A stretch of DNA of 64,000 bases from Methanobrevibacter thaueri (GTDB taxonomy: Archaea; Methanobacteriota; Methanobacteria; Methanobacteriales; Methanobacteriaceae), in the NCBI RefSeq assembly GCF_015062915.1, contig NZ_SUTJ01000003.1, forward strand, positions 33,525-97,524. The letters are read 5' to 3'. Positions within the stretch are counted from its first letter, which is position 1; each line of letters begins with the position of its first letter. The notes below the pieces were generated by a model. It ran no database searches, was not told the origin of the DNA, and saw only the letters and a program-made list of their open reading frames with translations. Positions 42,301-50,446 of the stretch are shown one piece after another. The translations under genes were made by a program, and so were the position numbers.

Positions 42301-44169
42301 TATGAAATAATTAATGGAATCCGATTCTATCACTCAGGGGACTTTGTTAAAGTCACTGAAGATGGGAATTATTATGTGTTCGGAAGAATGGATAACCAAA
42401 TCAAGCTTAGAGGCTTAAGGATTGAAATAGGTGAGATTGAAGTTGGTCTTTCAAACTTCCCTGGAATCAAATCCGTTGCGGTTGTCGTTAAAAAGATTAA
42501 GGGCAATGATCACTTATGTGCATATTTCACTGTTCATGATGATTACAAGGATGAAAACCGTGAGGAAAATGGATATTCAATTGATATTGATGAGTTAAAG
42601 GCTTCACTTGCTGAAAAATTGGTATATTACATGGTTCCAACAGTCTACATGGAACTTGATGAAATGCCGCAAACCGTAAATGGCAAAACAGACTTGAGGA
42701 ACTTGCCTGAACCGGTTCTAATCACTGAATATGTTGCTCCTGAAAATGAAATTGAAGCATTCTTTGCAAATCTCTTTGCAGAAATTTTAGGACTTGATGA
42801 GGTAAGCGCCACCGATAACTTCTTTGAAATTGGTGGAACTTCACTTCTAGTTACTAAAATTACCATGGAAGCTATAAACAGAAATTATAACCTGAATTAT
42901 GGGGACGTATTCTCAAATCCAACTCCAAGGGCATTGTCAGACTTTATCCTATCTGATGAGTCATTGGAGAAGAAATCAGAAATGGCTTATGACTATTCAC
43001 AAATCAACAGCCTGCTTGAGAAAAACAATCTTGAAACAATCATTAATGGTGAAATCCAAGACAGTGTAGGTAATGTGCTGTTGACTGGTGCCACAGGATT
43101 TTTAGGAATACATGTATTGCGTGAATTACTTGAAAATGAGGATGGTGAAATTTACTGTTTCATCAGATCCAATAAGGTTCTAAGCGGTGCTGAAAGATTG
43201 AAATCACTTCTCTTCTATTATTTCTCAGATGAGTACAACGAGGCATTTGATGAAAGGCTGCACATTATCGAGGGAGACATCACAAACTTTGAGGACTTTG
43301 AAAAGCTTGTGCATGAAAAAATAGATACTGTCTTCAACTGTGCCGCCAACGTAAAACACTTCTCATCAGGAACAGATATTGAAGATATCAACCTTGGGGG
43401 TGTAGTCAATGGACTCAAGTTTGCTAAAATGAAGAATGCGAAATATGTTCAGATTTCAACCTACAGTATTGCAGGTGAAAGTATTGACAATTATCCTCCG
43501 GTTGACGTTAAATTTACGGAAAATGATCTATTCATTGGTCAGGCAGTGGATAACCAATATCTAAACAGTAAATTCCTTGCGGAACGTGCCGTTTTGGAAG
43601 CTGCCGTTAATGATGATTTGGATGTTAAAATCATGCGTGTAGGTAACCTGATGGCCAGAAGTTCAGACAGTGAATTCCAAATCAACTTCGTAACAAACGG
43701 TTTCATCAATCGTCTTAAGGCGTTCGTGACAATAGGTAAAATGCCATATTCCATGCTTATGAATCCTGTTGAATTCTCACCGATTGACATTACAGCTAAG
43801 GCCATTGTGGGATTGTCCAAGACTCCTAAGGAATGCACCATTTTCCATCCATATGATTATCACAATATCAGCTTCGGAGACATAATTGATATAATTAGGC
43901 CGTTAGGATTGACAATTGATCCTGCTGAAGATGATGATTATCAAAAAGCATTGGATGAGGCTCTTGCAGACAAAACAAAACAAGAGGGAGTTTCCGGTTT
44001 AATCACTTCTATTGGTTCGGGTAAGGTTAAAAAGATATGGCTTCCTGTAGACAATTCATACACAATCCAGGCATTATATCGTTTGGGAATTACCTGGCCA
44101 TTCCTTTCAGAGGAATACGTTTATAATTTTGTAAAATATTTGGATGAACTTGATTTCTTTAGTGTTTAG
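36364..44169 (+). CDS. Non-ribosomal peptide synthetase, C-(half C)-A-T-C-A-T-R
   Basis: C1 QHILLDG (36739), A1 YTSGSTGKPKG, T1 GLTSL (Ser 39784), C2 HHIIVDG (40282), A2 YTSGSTGLPKG, T2 GGTSL (Ser 42841), reductase TGATGFLG (43084) with YLNSK. Confidence 0.95.
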   Translation: MHKFNLSSSQKMLLFSEINNPNNDSFYLKFRKDYDLKNFDKVKQAIESISRNHLNLKIKYDEKGDFKQYYDDFDVNVESFEVADENLDQFIVDYLDEPFDDVFDSPLYKWAVLKTESSAVLIGVVQHILLDGTSLFSLIPQEIEKYLRDGDYVSDEYSYETYVNDEMEYLKSPEASEDKKYWLNILKDYSQDWYSFDNSELGYYEVLLDQIPNFKYSPFVTALALEFLYFAKSKKSNKLFKDIVMNTSVHGRYFGQGDALGMFVNTIPLRLTYDEDLTFDELMVYSKSVLKEGLAHAKLQFSEYATDLRNVNIDPDCISMFSIVSNSTDYDSKFLTLQKDIKFPLHFRINKNYSDKNGLQSIFVEYDKSCFSHREIESIANGLRDLLRQIMDDSSKKCKDYTVEVVDFFNAENYYNNMMNSFDNPTAISPDMSGDNVIFSELSKPIDDDKLKNLSKQYNLSKERMLLSVFMFNLTKFSFSKDILVAYNKQACGYHFNTDLSVIEYLEDFKKYFKYYSNYPLLNNKKLNFESEILFFTDEYDAKDYKFVFNYESGKINISYDESFYSKELIETFLESMEVLLDRFESGDNLLKDISIRRQLEYDEDFKIELANEGVVNKVFDMAVAQNPQKTILIAEDGEVTYGELDKKANRIANALIKRGVNIEDRVMFMMRRNSDLIAAVLGIVKAGAAFIPIDPKYPKNRINQILDDSDSKFVITSSEIGYDGENRIDIDDLLDEIDDSNPEIELTPDNLCFMIYTSGSTGKPKGVMITHRGITNYVANVEENVPIYELNHKCNKFISISTVSFIVFLREVFGTILNGLPVVFANDEESIDPLKLVELFKKTGAQGFGSTPTRLLEYIQLEEIQDVVKDCTVIIVGGEGFPPILYERLSKYTDADIYNSYGPTEVTIASHYKLIDSSQVTAGWKMLNVVDKIMDIDGNQLPPYVMGEIYVGGAGIARGYLNNEEQTQKVFLTLNDIPYYNTGDLGKKDANGELYVHGRNDTQIKLRGLRIELSEIEGAIANYDGISLSKVVVKKVNSVEHLCAYFTAVTDIDIDDLKQHLVDSIPEYMVPSYFTQLDEFPKTPNGKTDFKNLPDPEIDVDDFIKPRNEIEQELFNIVSELLNIEEFGVNTDLFSIGLTSLSVIKLTSAIYNNLNAQLNVTEILNYKTIERIASEIKIDDASSSDVQELYPLTSNQLGVYFDCIKDPENTAYNLPKKMEFSEGIDADKLKLSIIESIENHPYLKTRIVMENGEVYQQRRDNLKVDDLIEMVDDANVDEFVKPFKLDEGPLFRFKIVGNSMLLADFHHIIVDGTSLNILFDEIAKIYDGKDYEIEEIDGFEYSLNEKKTEQSSLYEEAKLFFSNKVKEFDDATLIPQDINGDESEGSAAMDDIFLGKESIDEFCAKSGISQNNLFLAATSFVINKFVYNREILIATITNGRFNPNQQKTLAMMVKTLPLSLKLNSDSNIKEYLDYINGEWLNVLGYSSYPLTEISNEFDITPEILYAYHGKIIEDIEIGGMNVERQSIDYEGLKFKININVVDVGDQYRIFCEYNDQLYSKTLIDTFLNCIRIVLNKFQSFDEKTLMKDISIIENDDWGVDDLEYDEIPEERLNKIFENQVEMHPDRVVLYATDGEFTYEQLNEKANRIAHGLIKRGVGPEDRIMFILNRDSNTIASIFGILKSGAAFIPVDSEYPSERIEHVLTDSESKYIIVDDVIEKKSIDLSQYEDNLLDVHELLKEEDTSNPDPDVHANNMAYLIYTSGSTGLPKGVILEHGNIANFVYPDPRNVCTYELVHNLEKEDYKVLSTTTVAFDVFQQEIMGSLLNGVPMVFANDTEYKDPIEMMSLIHRTGANVYIATPSRLLQYLEIEAMQETMYGFKVYIHAGEPFSARLYELLSQNSNGKLFNMYGPTETTVYCNGQLLESSDIHIGKELFNVHEMVMDFDSNPLPPNVIGEMYIAGKGVSREYLNRPEKNEESYEIINGIRFYHSGDFVKVTEDGNYYVFGRMDNQIKLRGLRIEIGEIEVGLSNFPGIKSVAVVVKKIKGNDHLCAYFTVHDDYKDENREENGYSIDIDELKASLAEKLVYYMVPTVYMELDEMPQTVNGKTDLRNLPEPVLITEYVAPENEIEAFFANLFAEILGLDEVSATDNFFEIGGTSLLVTKITMEAINRNYNLNYGDVFSNPTPRALSDFILSDESLEKKSEMAYDYSQINSLLEKNNLETIINGEIQDSVGNVLLTGATGFLGIHVLRELLENEDGEIYCFIRSNKVLSGAERLKSLLFYYFSDEYNEAFDERLHIIEGDITNFEDFEKLVHEKIDTVFNCAANVKHFSSGTDIEDINLGGVVNGLKFAKMKNAKYVQISTYSIAGESIDNYPPVDVKFTENDLFIGQAVDNQYLNSKFLAERAVLEAAVNDDLDVKIMRVGNLMARSSDSEFQINFVTNGFINRLKAFVTIGKMPYSMLMNPVEFSPIDITAKAIVGLSKTPKECTIFHPYDYHNISFGDIIDIIRPLGLTIDPAEDDDYQKALDEALADKTKQEGVSGLITSIGSGKVKKIWLPVDNSYTIQALYRLGITWPFLSEEYVYNFVKYLDELDFFSV

Positions 44170-44180
44170 GGGGTAAAACA

Positions 44181-45908
44181 ATGCATGAACGTAATTATGA
44201 GTTATTGAGAAGTAAGTTTACTGAGTTTTTCCTGCCTACATTGTTCACTTCCATGGCAGGAAACATCTGTCTTTTTGTAGATGGATTGATTGTGAGTTTC
44301 TTGCTGGGTGCAGCAAACCTTTCGGCTATTCAGATTGTTGCTCCTTTAATCACCTTTGTCAATCTCATTTACTGGATGATCGGATTGGGGGGCAGTGTTC
44401 TCTGCTCTGTTGCAAAGGCCGAATTCGATGATGAAAAGAGCAATAGCTACTTTTCGGTGGCAATTATATCTCTTATAACCCTAGGCATAGTGATAGCAGT
44501 TGTAGGTCTTATATTTTCAGGCCCAATTGCCCAGTTGTTATGTGCTTCACAGCCTGAATTGATTCCGGATGTCACTAGCTATTTCATTTTATTGGTTATT
44601 GGAATGCCATTTTTATGTTATATGATGAGCTTATCATACTTCATAAGGGCCGATGGAATTCCTACACTGCCATTCAGGGCGATATTGTTGGCTAATATTA
44701 TTAACATAGTCTTTGATATCATATATCTCCAATTATTTAATATGGGAATAGGAGGAGCAGCATTGTCTACCTCAACAGGGTACTTAACAGGTTCAATATT
44801 AATTTCATTTTACTTCTACAAGTCCGAACGAACACTACAATTTATAAAATTGAAAGTGACTTCATTTCTGTCTTATCTTAGGCAGATTGTCACTTCTGGA
44901 TTCTCATCCTCATCAACCCAATTATACTTGACATTAAAGCTATTGATTATAAACTCATTGATTGGAATATATGTTGGAAACGCAGGTCTTGTAGCATTTG
45001 GTATTTGCTATAACAGTCTGTTCATATTGTACATCTTTTTAATCGGGACAGCTCAGACAATGTCTCCAATCGTGTCAGTTTACTATAAGGAAGAGGATTA
45101 TTCCGGAGTGAATTACATTATTCGCAGGTCGTTGAAAATAGTCTTTGCTTCAAGTCTTGCATTGGCGGTTTTATTCATAGTCTATCCTCAATCATTGTTG
45201 ATGCTGTACAGTGTCAAGGACCCGTCTTATGTTCTTGTTGTCTTAAACGCAGTAAGGATATTTGCAATAAGCTATGTTGGAACTGCAATAACATTCCTAT
45301 ACACTTTCTATTCTCAAGCGATACAGAAAAATCAATTGTCAACAATCATTTCATTGCTTGAGGGATTAATATTTCCGATTGGATTTGCAACAGTATTGTC
45401 CTTTGTGTTTGGAGGAAATGGAATTTGGATTTCATTTGCATTGGCTGAACTCTTTACAATACTTTTCATATTTGCATATTCAAGGCACTTAAGCAGGAAA
45501 ACCGATGGGGAGTACACCGGATTTTTCATCAACAAGCACAATGACGACACAAAGGTATTTGAGTATACCATAAGAGGCAATATTGACGAGGCTGTGGAAT
45601 TATCACAAGAAGTTCAAAATTATCTAGAAGGAAACAAATCCGCAACGGTGGTCAGCATGGCCATTGAGGAAATGCTTGTAAATATCATCAACACCAATGA
45701 TGAGGTCGGCACAATTGATGTTATCGTCAGAAACAATGAGGACAATATTCTGATTTCAGTCAAGGATACAGGAATCGATTTCAATCCTGTTGTTGAAAAT
45801 GAGAATTTGGAATTTGACAACATAAGTGTCTTAAATAAAATTGCGGATAAAATCGATTATTCCAGAGTTTTGGGATTGAACAGCACTGTAATCACAATTA
45901 AAAATTAA
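44181..45908 (+). CDS. MATE efflux transporter fused to a C-terminal RsbW-like (HATPase_c) domain
   Basis: About 12 TM MATE body (VDGLIVSFLLG, GIGGAALST). Tail EEMLVNII...VKDTGIDFNP. Starts 11 nt after the NRPS stop. Confidence 0.88.
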   Translation: MHERNYELLRSKFTEFFLPTLFTSMAGNICLFVDGLIVSFLLGAANLSAIQIVAPLITFVNLIYWMIGLGGSVLCSVAKAEFDDEKSNSYFSVAIISLITLGIVIAVVGLIFSGPIAQLLCASQPELIPDVTSYFILLVIGMPFLCYMMSLSYFIRADGIPTLPFRAILLANIINIVFDIIYLQLFNMGIGGAALSTSTGYLTGSILISFYFYKSERTLQFIKLKVTSFLSYLRQIVTSGFSSSSTQLYLTLKLLIINSLIGIYVGNAGLVAFGICYNSLFILYIFLIGTAQTMSPIVSVYYKEEDYSGVNYIIRRSLKIVFASSLALAVLFIVYPQSLLMLYSVKDPSYVLVVLNAVRIFAISYVGTAITFLYTFYSQAIQKNQLSTIISLLEGLIFPIGFATVLSFVFGGNGIWISFALAELFTILFIFAYSRHLSRKTDGEYTGFFINKHNDDTKVFEYTIRGNIDEAVELSQEVQNYLEGNKSATVVSMAIEEMLVNIINTNDEVGTIDVIVRNNEDNILISVKDTGIDFNPVVENENLEFDNISVLNKIADKIDYSRVLGLNSTVITIKN

Positions 45909-46010
45909 GTGATATTTAAGGATGATGTTAACACATTATCCAATTCTTTTTTTTCGATTAAATTAATTATTTATATTTTCATTAACATAATTTTCATTGA
46001 GTTAATTAAC

Positions 46011-46868
46011 ATGTCTGGTCAAAAATCATTTATTGCGAAAATAGAGGAAAGCATTTTAAAGGCAACCAAACCAAAATATATGGACTTTTCAGATGAGGTA
46101 AGTCACTTTTTATCCGATAGGCAAAATGATCCTAAGCCTCCAAGTGGCCTTTTCAAGAGTTTTGATTTCAATGGTATGGAAGTCTTCAAAATAGGTGATG
46201 AAACTTGCAAAAACACAATACTGTATCTACATGGGGGAGCATACGTTAATGAAATAAATTATCAGCATCTATTATATTGCTTTTTGCTTTCACGAAAATT
46301 AGATGTCCAAGTGTTGTTGCCAGTTTACCCACTCGCTCCTTTACATAAAGCGAAGGAAACTTTTGACCTGCTTCGAGAATTTTATGAAACCCTAACCTCA
46401 AGGGATAATTTGATACTTATGGGCGATTCCGCAGGAGGAGGACTTGTTTTTTCATTCTGTCAGTATCTCAATACAATCGGTCTGGCGCAACCCGACAAGA
46501 TCATAACATTTTCCCCATGGATTGACATTTCAATGAGCAACGGGCCGTATGACAATGAAAACGACCCGATTTTAGGTGAAATCGGCCTGAGGGAAATCGG
46601 GAAATCATGGGCAGGTGACTGGGATAGCAAAGACTATCGCGTAAGCGCCACATATGGAGATAACAGCGGATTGCCGAGAACCCTTATTTTTGCCGGAACA
46701 AATGAGATATTCTACAAGGACATCAAGATGTATGTTGAAAAGCTAAAAAGAGATGATGTTGATGTCAAGTTCATAGAAGGCGATGGACTATTCCATATCT
46801 ATCCGTTGTTCCCGATGCCTGAGGCAAAAAGCGCATTTAAAGAAATAAAAAAAGAAATAATTAAATGA
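46011..46868 (+). CDS. HSL-family alpha/beta hydrolase (esterase)
   Basis: YLHGGAY oxyanion motif, GDSAGG, NEIF and LFHIYP. Start moved to ATG 46011. Confidence 0.88.
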   Translation: MSGQKSFIAKIEESILKATKPKYMDFSDEVSHFLSDRQNDPKPPSGLFKSFDFNGMEVFKIGDETCKNTILYLHGGAYVNEINYQHLLYCFLLSRKLDVQVLLPVYPLAPLHKAKETFDLLREFYETLTSRDNLILMGDSAGGGLVFSFCQYLNTIGLAQPDKIITFSPWIDISMSNGPYDNENDPILGEIGLREIGKSWAGDWDSKDYRVSATYGDNSGLPRTLIFAGTNEIFYKDIKMYVEKLKRDDVDVKFIEGDGLFHIYPLFPMPEAKSAFKEIKKEIIK

Positions 46869-46895
46869 TTATTCATAACTGAATAATCATGAATT

Positions 46896-47762
46896 TTAAG
46901 AGTTTTCAGGGATTTCGCCAAACCAATCTGTTTTTTTACCAACGTAATACATTATTAAACATAGGATAATCTCGAAAATGGTCACCTCTATGAAATCAGG
47001 TAGTGTCACGTTTGTTTGGGCTGATTGGAGTCCGAACATAATAAGTAAACTGAGGGATAGGTTGTTTGCGGTATGGAACGCAGAGCTGACCTCTATACCA
47101 TTTGTCTTCCAAGCTAAAAATCCCATAATCAGTCCTGAAATGAATATTTCAACATTTCCTAGGCTGTTGTAACCGTGAGACAGTGCAAAAATAACTGACT
47201 GAAGAATCACTGCTAAAATTGGTATGCTGAACCATGATCCGAATGTCTGCATTATGAGTCCACGATACACGTATTCCTCTGCTATACATTGAAGGGGCAC
47301 TAAAATTAAACAAATTATCAAAAACGGTATGGAAAAATGATAAGTCCCAGTTTGACCGGTTATTGCTGTTTCAACAAGTTCAAAAACCAAGAACAGTATA
47401 AATGGAATTATAAATGCTTTAAAATAGAGTTTAAAGTTCCATCCTCCTCTTGAAGAAGCATATGATGAGAATGGTCTGTCCTTAACAATCTTTGTTGCAA
47501 TATACACTGCGGGAATCATGGTGATAACTGACAAATTAGAAATGATTGTGCCCAACTCGTTATTCAATGTTTCATATCCTCCGTTTAGGAATCCATCTAT
47601 TAAATGCTCTCCATATACAATTGAAAAAATGAAGTATATCGATACGATCAGAATGGCATTTATTATTAATCCTATTATGAATACCAGTATTGGTTTGTAC
47701 CATTTGTATTTTTCAAAAGTTTTTGGAAATGTAACGAATTCGTTTATTTCTTTTTCTGTCAT
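46896..47762 (-). CDS. CPBP (CAAX/Abi) intramembrane metalloprotease
   Basis: EEYVYRG, FALSHG and FHTANN motifs. Confidence 0.88.
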   Translation of the reverse strand: MTEKEINEFVTFPKTFEKYKWYKPILVFIIGLIINAILIVSIYFIFSIVYGEHLIDGFLNGGYETLNNELGTIISNLSVITMIPAVYIATKIVKDRPFSSYASSRGGWNFKLYFKAFIIPFILFLVFELVETAITGQTGTYHFSIPFLIICLILVPLQCIAEEYVYRGLIMQTFGSWFSIPILAVILQSVIFALSHGYNSLGNVEIFISGLIMGFLAWKTNGIEVSSAFHTANNLSLSLLIMFGLQSAQTNVTLPDFIEVTIFEIILCLIMYYVGKKTDWFGEIPENS

Positions 47763-47917
47763 GATTATAGATTTTTATTTTTTATCATATATCTTTTGCA
47801 TTTTGAAGTTTGGTCTATTTCTGAAATATTATACTTTAAATAATATTGTTTTCACATTGTAAAATTGATTTAAAAGATAACCAAGTCTTTATATTAACTA
47901 AACGATAATAGTATTTT

Positions 47918-48844
47918 ATGAATCTAAAAATAATTGATAATTTAGTTGTATTCATTGACAATATTGTTCCTGAAAGGTATTTGTCCAGGTTTCAGGAATT
48001 TTTGTTGAGTGGAGCAATTTTTACAGATGCAAGTAAAGTTTTAGCCATTCTCATAATTTTCTTATTATTGTCAGAAAGCGCATTTGCAGCAATGTTAATG
48101 TCCCTAAACCTTCCAGTCTCTGTTCTGATATTGCCACTTTTTGTCATTCCTGGACTTTTCACATATGTCATTGTCCAACAGGAGAGGAGAGCTCAAGAAA
48201 TAGAGCGAACCGCTCCAGACTTTCTAAGGCAGCTTTCAAGCATGCTGCAGGTAGGACTCAGCTTTGAAAATGCAATGGAGGACATGTCGCAATACGGCGA
48301 AGGCCCGCTATACGACGAGATGAGGAGAACGATCATAGAAATTCGAATGGGGCGAAATTTCGATGAGGCATGGCGTGCAATGAGCAAGCGATTGAAATCA
48401 AGGGAACTGGAGAGGATTTTTGGAATAATTCTTGATGGGCGCAAAAGCGGTTCAAGCATTTCAAAAGTATTGTCTGATGTTTCGGATGACTTGAGGGAGC
48501 TGATGGCTCTTAAAAGGGAGAGAAGATCATCGGTCATGATGTCAGTCATGTTTCTTCTGATTTCAGCGGTTATAGCTACTCCATTTTCTATAGGCATGGT
48601 AAGCGTATATTCGGGATTCATGCAAAGCTATGGGATGGATTCACAAATCATTTTCACAGCCCCGATTGCAGGGGAAATGTACTTGATTATCCATTCTATT
48701 CTAGTGGGCTTTATCATCAGCATAATCATGTATGGGGATGTTAAGAAGGGCGTAAAATATTCCCTGCCTCTGGCTGTGGGGTCATTTGGAATATTCTATT
48801 TCATATCAACATTTGGCGGAACCTTGCTTATGGGGGGATTCTAA
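47918..48844 (+). CDS. Type II secretion F-domain (TadC-like) platform protein
   Basis: PDFLRQLSSMLQVGLSFENAM, GPLYDEMRR and SGSSISKVL; 3 C-terminal TMs. Confidence 0.85.
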   Translation: MNLKIIDNLVVFIDNIVPERYLSRFQEFLLSGAIFTDASKVLAILIIFLLLSESAFAAMLMSLNLPVSVLILPLFVIPGLFTYVIVQQERRAQEIERTAPDFLRQLSSMLQVGLSFENAMEDMSQYGEGPLYDEMRRTIIEIRMGRNFDEAWRAMSKRLKSRELERIFGIILDGRKSGSSISKVLSDVSDDLRELMALKRERRSSVMMSVMFLLISAVIATPFSIGMVSVYSGFMQSYGMDSQIIFTAPIAGEMYLIIHSILVGFIISIIMYGDVKKGVKYSLPLAVGSFGIFYFISTFGGTLLMGGF

Positions 48845-49026
48845 TGGATAATAAGGGTCAGGCATCAGCGGAATTCATATTGTTGTTTGGTGGAATAATT
48901 GTTGTTGTTCTGCTTGCTATTCATCTATACAATAAGTATATGAATGATTTGAGTGAGGAGATTGCATCAAAGGAAGTCAGCGAATTCAACAATGAATTGA
49001 CTAACCTTGGACAGTATTTCAAATAG
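48844..49026 (+). CDS. Class III signal peptide protein (minimal type IV pilin-like)
   Basis: KG|QASAEF with Glu at +5, then a hydrophobic helix; TAATG coupling to the upstream gene. Confidence 0.85.
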   Translation: MDNKGQASAEFILLFGGIIVVVLLAIHLYNKYMNDLSEEIASKEVSEFNNELTNLGQYFK

Positions 49027-49088
49027 TTAATGTTAAATATGTTCAACATTAGAGATAATTATGCTGAGCGCTAAAAAAATTTTAAAGG

Positions 49089-49313
49089 ATGGTTAAAATG
49101 GAATGGGATGCAGTTGTCAATGCAATTCTTTCATTCATTATTCCTGGTGTGGGCCAGGCAATAAATGGTGACAAGAAAAAAGGAATAATAATGTTTATAA
49201 TAGCGGTAATTTTAGCATTTATAATAGCTATATACCTTACTGGAATTATTGGAAATGTAATTTATACAATCTATGCGCTTTACTGTGCAATTGACGCATA
49301 CAGAACATACTGA
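49089..49313 (+). CDS. Small membrane protein
   Basis: 74 aa, ILSFIIPGVGQ motif, three hydrophobic segments. Confidence 0.7.
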   Translation: MVKMEWDAVVNAILSFIIPGVGQAINGDKKKGIIMFIIAVILAFIIAIYLTGIIGNVIYTIYALYCAIDAYRTY

Positions 49314-49409
49314 TTTTTTAGAAGTTCATGATGGGAAATTTCATAATTTCTCATTCTGATATATTTTTTTACATTAACTTTTTTTAGTTATAAAAACAAA
49401 ATTTAATTG

Positions 49410-50351
49410 ATGAAAAGGGTTTTTAATCTTATTGAAAAATATTTTTTTATAATCATTTTGATTGCCGTTGGCATTTCACTGGCCTATCCCAAGTCATTCA
49501 GTTGGGTTTTAAGTGAAATTAATGGTGTCAATATACTGAATCTGCTTTTAAGCGTTGTTCTTTTCACAATGGGAACAACATTGAAGTTGGACAATTTCGT
49601 CAATGTATTCAGGCATCCTCGCGAGATTGCAGTTGGAATTTCCGCCCAGTATATCATAATGCCTGTTCTGGCATTTGCCCTTGCAAGCCTGTTTTCCCTT
49701 GATGCTGCATTGACTGTGGGAATCATTCTAGTCGGCACTGTTCCCGGTGGAACTGCCTCTGATGTCATTACGTTTCTTGCAAATGGTGATGTAGCGCTTT
49801 CCGTTTCATTAACAGCAGTCTCCACTTTGCTTTCACCAGTACTGACTCCACTAATCACTTTGCTGCTAATAGGCAATCAGATTCATTTCGATCCAACCCA
49901 AATGTTCATTTCAATTGTTCAGATAGTTATCATTCCAATAGCATTGGGTTTGCTTTTGAATTATAAGTTCCCAAGCTTTTGCGATGAACTCAAAGATTAT
50001 CTGCCGGCAATATCATCTCTTGTCGTTTGTTTGATTGTTGCAGGAGTGATTGGGGCAAACAAGCAGGCTATACTGACCTCATCAGGAATAGTGATTGTTG
50101 TCATCGTTCTACAGTATTTTATCGGAATGCTGCTTGGTTTTCTTTTGGGTTATCTGGTTGGAATGGAAAGAAAGCAGGTCATTACTGTGGCTATTGAACT
50201 GGCATTTCAAAATTCAGGACTCTCAACAAGCCTTGCCAAGACTCATTTTCCAAATCTGGCCCAGGCAACAGTTCCTGGAGCACTGTATTCGGTTTGGCAG
50301 AATTTTGCAGGGTCAATTCTTGCATATATCTTCAAGAGGCATTATAACTGA
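49410..50351 (+). CDS. Bile acid:sodium symporter (BASS) family transporter
   Basis: MFTMG-like VLFTMG, QYIIMP, PGGTASDV and ELAFQNSGL. Confidence 0.88.
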   Translation: MKRVFNLIEKYFFIIILIAVGISLAYPKSFSWVLSEINGVNILNLLLSVVLFTMGTTLKLDNFVNVFRHPREIAVGISAQYIIMPVLAFALASLFSLDAALTVGIILVGTVPGGTASDVITFLANGDVALSVSLTAVSTLLSPVLTPLITLLLIGNQIHFDPTQMFISIVQIVIIPIALGLLLNYKFPSFCDELKDYLPAISSLVVCLIVAGVIGANKQAILTSSGIVIVVIVLQYFIGMLLGFLLGYLVGMERKQVITVAIELAFQNSGLSTSLAKTHFPNLAQATVPGALYSVWQNFAGSILAYIFKRHYN

Positions 50352-50446
50352 TTTGACTTTTCATTGTTATATTTTAAATAATATTAATGCCAAAAATATT
50401 AATGCTCTTTAATTTTTGAGTATTAAAACTTAGATGGTGATAAAAC

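Noticed and set aside
38200-42720. Long similar DNA stretches within the NRPS
   Set aside because: Explained by homology between the A1-T1 and A2-T2 modules.
45909-46010. GTG-started extension of the esterase
   Set aside because: Low-complexity AT-rich intergenic sequence; ATG 46011 is more plausible.
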